60,068 nt of DNA from a virus. Lineage: Duplodnaviria > Caudoviricetes. The notes beneath the pieces are model-generated. The model did not search any database. It had not been told where the DNA came from and saw only the letters and a list, made by a program, of their open reading frames with translations. Positions 54,819 to 60,068 of the stretch are shown in pieces. The stretch is taken from positions 1 to 60,068 of the IMG/VR virus record IMGVR_UViG_3300009509_000023; one strand, written 5' to 3'. Position 1 is the stretch's first letter, and every line of letters begins with the position of its first letter. The position numbers were made by a program, and so were the translations under genes.

Positions 54819-57008
54819 ATGGCGAACGGACTGGCATTAGGGTCTCTCAATCGCGCGCGGTATGCGGGGCTGGATTTCGACACTCACAATGACGATCTGC
54901 TGTCCCGTCTTCAGGTGAAATTCGCAGCGGACTTCAACGACTTTTCAATCTCCTCTCTGGGAATAATGCTGATCGACCTCACAGCCTACGGGTTGGACAC
55001 GCTCAGCTTTTATGTAGACCGCAGAGCTACCGATACCTACCTCTCGACGGCCAGGACGAGAAAGAGTGTCTCGAGGACATCGCGACAGCTCGGATACAAG
55101 ATGGGTGGGGCTGTTGCTTCGTCGGTAGACGTGGAGGTCGGAGTCACCGAGGTCTTCTCATTCGATGTGACGATCCCGGAACGGTTCCAGTTCGATGGCC
55201 CAGACGGGTTGATATTCGAGTCATCTCGAGATGTGCTCTATACCCCGTCGGAGCAAGGTATCAATGCTGGAACGAAATTCATTCCTTGCTACGAAGGCGA
55301 GACTCTCCAAGAGAGCTTCGTGTCTGATGGTACGTCGGCTCAGGTTTTTGATCTACGCAGAGTACCGGACGGGAAGTTTGTAGTTCAGGGCACTGTTATA
55401 GTTACAGTGGACGGGGCTGAGTGGGATGAGGTTGGACTTTTCGAGTACGGAGCGACTGACCAATTCGAGGTCGGGTACAACGACGAACCTGCCACGGTTC
55501 GGTGCGGGGACGGCATAGCTGGTAACATTCCTCCGGCCGGCGCTTCGGTCGTCGTGACCTATGTCGCGTCGAGAGGGAAGGCCGGGCAGGTTTCGAGAGA
55601 CACCATCCAACAAGAGACGAACAGCCTCGTGGTGTCGTTCACTGAGATACCGCTATCCATCAACAACCCAGCCGGTTCGGTAGGTGGGGATGATCGAGAG
55701 ACGCTCGCTAGCGCGAAAGCGTTTGCCCCTCTCGTGAGAAAGTCTGGCGGAGTAGCAGTTGTCGATGAGGATTACTACTCGATTGCTGGGTCCTACGCTG
55801 ATCCGCTTTTCGGTCGCGTAGCTGTTGCGAAAGCAATCTCCTCTCGATCGGCCGCCACAGACTTGACGGTTCAGAACTACCTCACTGCAATTTACAACGC
55901 TGTGAGTGTGCTGAATGCGTCCCTGGTTTCATCGACGGATGCCATCGATTCCGATCTCGACGATATAGATACGGCGGTGGCGAACATCGCCGCGGAAGTT
56001 ACTTCCATCACCTCGAACAACTCTACGATTACGTCAGAGGCTACGTCGGCGCGGACATACGCTAGGACCGTGAAAGATAATACCGGAGAAATATCGGTCG
56101 ACGCTACGGATATCGGCGACCGGGTCACGTCCGGAAAGGCAGCTGTGGACGCGATCACTACGCACGCGACGACGAGCCAACTCACGACGGCGGACAAGGA
56201 TATCATCAAAGGATGGTTCAATCTGATCGATGACGAGGCGGACAACATTGGAATAGCTGCTGGGAATGCCGAGTCGGCGGCAAACTCCATAGTCAGCGAC
56301 GCGAACAGCATTCTCGATGAGGTTGCAGAGGCGGCTACCAGTCTGTCGACCGTCTCAACGAACAACTCGACTGTTTCAGCTCGCAGCGCTTCAATACGCT
56401 CCGAGACCGGGACCATTGACACGGAAAATGCCACGCTCGTGGCGGTGGTCAATCCCAGCGACTCGGACAGTGCGGCCTACGGGATCAACGAGCACTTCGA
56501 TAAAATTCTGTCAGCGGACTGCAAAGCGAATCTGGTAACGGTGCCTATTCTGGTCCGCGATTCTGGCGGATTTTATACAGCGCCGTCGTCCGGTCTGATC
56601 GACTCTCTGCAGACTCACCTGGACAGCAAGAAAGAGGTCACGCAGACCGTAGCGGTAACGTCGGGCGAGAATTTCCTCATTCGGGCTGTAATTCGCGCGC
56701 GAGTTGGTGTTCTGGACAACTACTCTGAATCGTCGATACAGAAGGCGGTGGAGTCGGTGATAAACGGCGTGCTTCGAGATCGGAAGTTTGGAGTAGCTCT
56801 GAAAGAGTCCGACCTCGACAAGCCTATTCTTGAGATAGAAGGTGTTGATTTTGTTATTGTTCGCATCGAGGGGTATTTGGCTTCGGACGGGGTTACTGTT
56901 CTGACGGATAAGCTGGACGATGGGAATTTGATCATCCTCTCGAGTGAAATAATCACTCGTGGAACAACTACGATCACAACCGAGGTCGTGTCTACGTCTA
57001 CCACATAG
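54819..57008 (+). CDS. Baseplate wedge protein (gp6/J-like) with a helical insertion
   Basis: DF..SSLG..LIDL.AY..D.LSFY.D, LGYK, GDGIAG..P, GGDDRET, AVVDEDY; C-terminal IEGVD. Confidence 0.88.
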   Translation: MANGLALGSLNRARYAGLDFDTHNDDLLSRLQVKFAADFNDFSISSLGIMLIDLTAYGLDTLSFYVDRRATDTYLSTARTRKSVSRTSRQLGYKMGGAVASSVDVEVGVTEVFSFDVTIPERFQFDGPDGLIFESSRDVLYTPSEQGINAGTKFIPCYEGETLQESFVSDGTSAQVFDLRRVPDGKFVVQGTVIVTVDGAEWDEVGLFEYGATDQFEVGYNDEPATVRCGDGIAGNIPPAGASVVVTYVASRGKAGQVSRDTIQQETNSLVVSFTEIPLSINNPAGSVGGDDRETLASAKAFAPLVRKSGGVAVVDEDYYSIAGSYADPLFGRVAVAKAISSRSAATDLTVQNYLTAIYNAVSVLNASLVSSTDAIDSDLDDIDTAVANIAAEVTSITSNNSTITSEATSARTYARTVKDNTGEISVDATDIGDRVTSGKAAVDAITTHATTSQLTTADKDIIKGWFNLIDDEADNIGIAAGNAESAANSIVSDANSILDEVAEAATSLSTVSTNNSTVSARSASIRSETGTIDTENATLVAVVNPSDSDSAAYGINEHFDKILSADCKANLVTVPILVRDSGGFYTAPSSGLIDSLQTHLDSKKEVTQTVAVTSGENFLIRAVIRARVGVLDNYSESSIQKAVESVINGVLRDRKFGVALKESDLDKPILEIEGVDFVIVRIEGYLASDGVTVLTDKLDDGNLIILSSEIITRGTTTITTEVVSTSTT

Positions 57009-57109
57009 TCCTGAGATTGCTCATAAAAGTTCCATGTTCGGGTGGCGCGACGTTCGATCTGGGTGGTATATTGAATCATCTGACGGGGGAAATTTAGTGG
57101 AGGCAACCA

Positions 57110-58726
57110 ATGACCCGAACCGCTGTTAGACAAGAGGAACAAGTCCAACCCTCTGAAACCTACGACGACACCATAGCGCCGTCGCAGGCGAACTATGAGA
57201 CGAACACGTCTCATGCTGAGGACGACTTCAACTCCGTCCGCTCACAGCTCTACAACCTGATGAAGGTGCAGACGGGCGGTAACTGGTACGACGACCTGTC
57301 AGTGCCTTCCTCGTTCACGGGTGAAGGTGAGGTGAAGCGAGGCGTCGACAATCTCAACTCGGACCTCCACGAGCTGGAGAGGAAGAGAATCCTTCGTCGG
57401 CGTCAAGTCGTTGGTGCCAATATCGGTCCAATCGCAACCAACGCGCGACATGTCGTTCTCGACGCGTCTGGGGAGTTGCCAGGAAACACGACAGCGGCAG
57501 TCGGTGCGGTGACGACTCGTGGAACGGTCGTCGCCTACGAGGCCAGTTTCGACACAGCGACGCTTACCGAGGTCACTGGCGGAGATGCGCTCACCCCGAA
57601 GAACCTCGTCAAGATCGCCGACTCCGCGTCTGGAGACATCATCACGGACGGGTCTGGTCGCGAAGTTCACGGCCTGCTTCAGTCCGAGAGCAACACCGAC
57701 GGCCACACCATCAGCATATCGACGCCAAACCGGGTGCAAATCTCCTTCGTCGTTCACAACGCCACAAATGATGACTTGGAATTGGCAGCGGCGGGAGTCA
57801 TGGACGGCAAGACCATCGACTACAGCCCAGTCGAACGGTTTGCCTTCGACGACATTCCCGAACACGCGTGGCTCTCCGACACCGACTTCATCGATGCGGG
57901 AGCCGGTGCGGTCACTCGGCAGCAAGCGTACAACAACCAGGGAACGACCCCGGTTGATCTCACGACCAACGCGACTCTTGATCTCGAAGGCGCAGGACTC
58001 GTCTGGGCTGTTCGAGACGACCTCGAAGCGATTCTGCTTCGGATCATCGAAGGTTCGGCTGGTGGAACTTCCGAGATCGAGTTTGGAGCCGATGTCGACT
58101 CTTTCGACAACGACGCCATCACCAACGACTTCGCCAACGAGTTGAAGGTTGATACCGGGACAACTCCTATTCACATCGGTGTCACCGCCGGTCACGTTGA
58201 GACGACCAGCACCGACAACTTGCATCTGCAGGCTGGCGGCGAGATGTACCTAGACGATGGGAACCAGACCGGATCGACGTGGGCGCAGACCGATGGTATC
58301 AAACTCTCCGAGACCACAGCCGAATGGGACGCTTTCGAGACGGAGTTCGGTGAGGTCTCCCTGCTCAACGCCATCGTTCAGGCTTCCGAAGGTGTCACGC
58401 GCTGCAAGGCTGTTGCTCAGGTCAGCGCGGGAGACATCACCGCGAACACACTGATCGAAGGTCCGAGCGGACCGGGAACGCAGAACATCTCAGCCGACCT
58501 ATGCGACTATCGCGCGCTGACGTTTGTCAGTGACGTGGACATATTTGTCAATGGACTTCTCCAACGCAACGGAGCGGATGCGGCGGCGAACCACGATGTG
58601 TATCCGAGCGCGGTCGCGGCGGAGAGACAGTACGGCTGTTTCTACTGCGAGTACAACCTCGCGTATCGCGGTGGTCTACGACCGGATGTCATCACGATGC
58701 TCACGTGGGGCGACCCGGTTCCGTAG
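57110..58726 (+). CDS. Probable virion structural protein (fibre or decoration)
   Basis: 538 aa, acidic and T/G-rich; TRQQAYN and IFVNGLLQ..G...DV motifs; shares the structural-gene RBS. Confidence 0.6.
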   Translation: MTRTAVRQEEQVQPSETYDDTIAPSQANYETNTSHAEDDFNSVRSQLYNLMKVQTGGNWYDDLSVPSSFTGEGEVKRGVDNLNSDLHELERKRILRRRQVVGANIGPIATNARHVVLDASGELPGNTTAAVGAVTTRGTVVAYEASFDTATLTEVTGGDALTPKNLVKIADSASGDIITDGSGREVHGLLQSESNTDGHTISISTPNRVQISFVVHNATNDDLELAAAGVMDGKTIDYSPVERFAFDDIPEHAWLSDTDFIDAGAGAVTRQQAYNNQGTTPVDLTTNATLDLEGAGLVWAVRDDLEAILLRIIEGSAGGTSEIEFGADVDSFDNDAITNDFANELKVDTGTTPIHIGVTAGHVETTSTDNLHLQAGGEMYLDDGNQTGSTWAQTDGIKLSETTAEWDAFETEFGEVSLLNAIVQASEGVTRCKAVAQVSAGDITANTLIEGPSGPGTQNISADLCDYRALTFVSDVDIFVNGLLQRNGADAAANHDVYPSAVAAERQYGCFYCEYNLAYRGGLRPDVITMLTWGDPVP

Positions 58727-58780
58727 GTCGTGACCGTTTAGCCAACTAGCCTAAAACAAGGACGAAAGGTGTGGATTAGG

Positions 58781-59380
58781 ATGAATGTGAACAAGGCTAT
58801 CTTCAAAGTCGACTTCTCGAAATCACTGGGCTCGAAGTTTGCTGGTATGCGAGAGGCCGCGAACAGGGACCTGCTTCGGCAGGAGGGCGCTAGGGATGCT
58901 CTGAAAATGGCCGCCCAGCGTGTTGGCGATTTGGGAACGACCCTCCGAAAAGATCTTGAAGAGGGTGTTCTGAGCGCCTCCGATCTGAAGGACGCACAAA
59001 AGGTCAAGGAGTTCATCCACCGCTACATAAAAAGAGCGGTGGGGGTGATCGACAACCTGGCCACGACGGCGGAAGTTGCTCGCACCATCGCGAGCGGGCG
59101 CCAAAAGGGATTGCAGGCGGCAGAAGACCACGTTCGAGAGATCGGAGAGTCGGAAGTCAAGAAGCTGGAAGAGCTTCAAAAGCAGCTCAGCTCGGGCGAC
59201 ATTGTGGTCGAGGACCCCGAAGGTACGAATTTCGGTCATCCGGGACTGCCTCTGAAGTACCAACGTGAAGACGAGGCCAAAGCCGACCAGGCAGAGAAAG
59301 CTCCGACGAAGGCCCCTCCGAGGAAGAAGCCTACTTTGAAGAAGAAGCCCGTTCCGAAGAGGCCTGTAAAGAAGGGATGA
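58781..59380 (+). CDS. Hypothetical helical protein with K/P-rich tail
   Basis: 199-aa ORF in the operon. Confidence 0.65.
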   Translation: MNVNKAIFKVDFSKSLGSKFAGMREAANRDLLRQEGARDALKMAAQRVGDLGTTLRKDLEEGVLSASDLKDAQKVKEFIHRYIKRAVGVIDNLATTAEVARTIASGRQKGLQAAEDHVREIGESEVKKLEELQKQLSSGDIVVEDPEGTNFGHPGLPLKYQREDEAKADQAEKAPTKAPPRKKPTLKKKPVPKRPVKKG

Positions 59381-59381
59381 G

Positions 59382-60068
59382 ATGGGACGAACCCCAGATG
59401 CCTATGACGGTCCGCGGATCGACGAAGCGATAATCTGGGAAGAGCAGCCCTCTGACCCTTCGGAAAATCTACGTCAGCAGTACGTTCAGAATAAAGGTCA
59501 AGTAATTCTTGAAGATGGTGTTCTTCGAGGTCTCGGAGAGTCTCGTGTGAACATCCATCAATACCCGGTGGACGATCGCGACGTGGACTCTCCTCCAGGG
59601 TCTCCGACGACGGGATACCGTGTGATTGTGGGAGACAGCCCGACGGGCGACTTTGTCGGGCACGAGGGGGAGATTGCCCAGTATAATGGCTCGGATTGGG
59701 TATTTACTGTTCCAAAGGAGGGTATGTCTGCGTATGTCAAGGATGAGGATGTTGCCTATGTTCAGACAGCTATTTCGTCACCTTGGAGTTGGGGCTCTTC
59801 CTCTGGAGTTACGGAAGCGCAGCATCGAGTTTTGCGTCAGTTGATTCATTTCATCGAAGAAGGTCCAGCTGAAGGATTTGTGAGTGGGGCCTACAAGGTA
59901 ACGTTACCTACTGGTCCTTTTCCGACTAGTATGACTTGGTGGGAATCAAGCTCGAAGCTCAAGAAGATCGTTGAGCGACTTGTTTCTTGGACTGGAACGC
60001 TCGTTACGACTGACCAATGGAAAATCTACGACACTGATGGTTCGACGGTGTTATGGATTATCACAGAT
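59382..60068 (+). CDS. Partial (3'-truncated) virion protein with a DUF2793-like domain
   Basis: Open to the window end; PPGSPTTGYRVIVGDSPTGDFVGHEGEIAQYNGSDWVFTVPKEG..AYVKDE. Confidence 0.7.
   Translation, partial: MGRTPDAYDGPRIDEAIIWEEQPSDPSENLRQQYVQNKGQVILEDGVLRGLGESRVNIHQYPVDDRDVDSPPGSPTTGYRVIVGDSPTGDFVGHEGEIAQYNGSDWVFTVPKEGMSAYVKDEDVAYVQTAISSPWSWGSSSGVTEAQHRVLRQLIHFIEEGPAEGFVSGAYKVTLPTGPFPTSMTWWESSSKLKKIVERLVSWTGTLVTTDQWKIYDTDGSTVLWIITD

Noticed and set aside
38243-57008. Extracellular contractile injection system or tailocin
   Set aside because: The tail genes resemble such systems, but terminase, portal, capsid and replication genes are contiguous, so this is a phage.

Overview
A 60 kb segment of a large contractile-tailed (myovirus-type) dsDNA phage. 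It is GC-rich and almost entirely encoded on the + strand. Layout: (1) 1-15.3 kb, replication and recombination: wHTH initiator with an internal iteron-type origin, DnaC-like loader, DnaB, DnaG, SSB-like proteins, SF2 helicase, RecA, two Holliday junction resolvases, a Cas4/RecB-like nuclease and a ParB-like protein. (2) 15.3-20.8 kb, a 1808-aa multidomain protein with repeats, an atypical kinase domain and a probable ADP-ribosyltransferase-like C-terminus. (3) PolA, then ribosomal protein bS21. (4) Terminase and a T4-like head/neck module. (5) Sheath, tubes, chaperone, tape measure, baseplate and fibre-like genes, running off the window end. No tRNA, rRNA, CRISPR array or integrase was seen. 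Best finds: two unrelated free-standing homing endonucleases (LAGLIDADG and NUMOD4-HNH) each sit inside the first codons of a tail gene and are followed by a synonymously recoded copy of that gene start with a new RBS, with no intron or intein; an apparent programmed -1 frameshift adds a very basic tail to an acidic head-module protein; the giant kinase/ART-like protein; a shared insertion domain in capsid and sheath; and several recurring cis motifs. All family calls come from reading motifs by eye, not from database searches.
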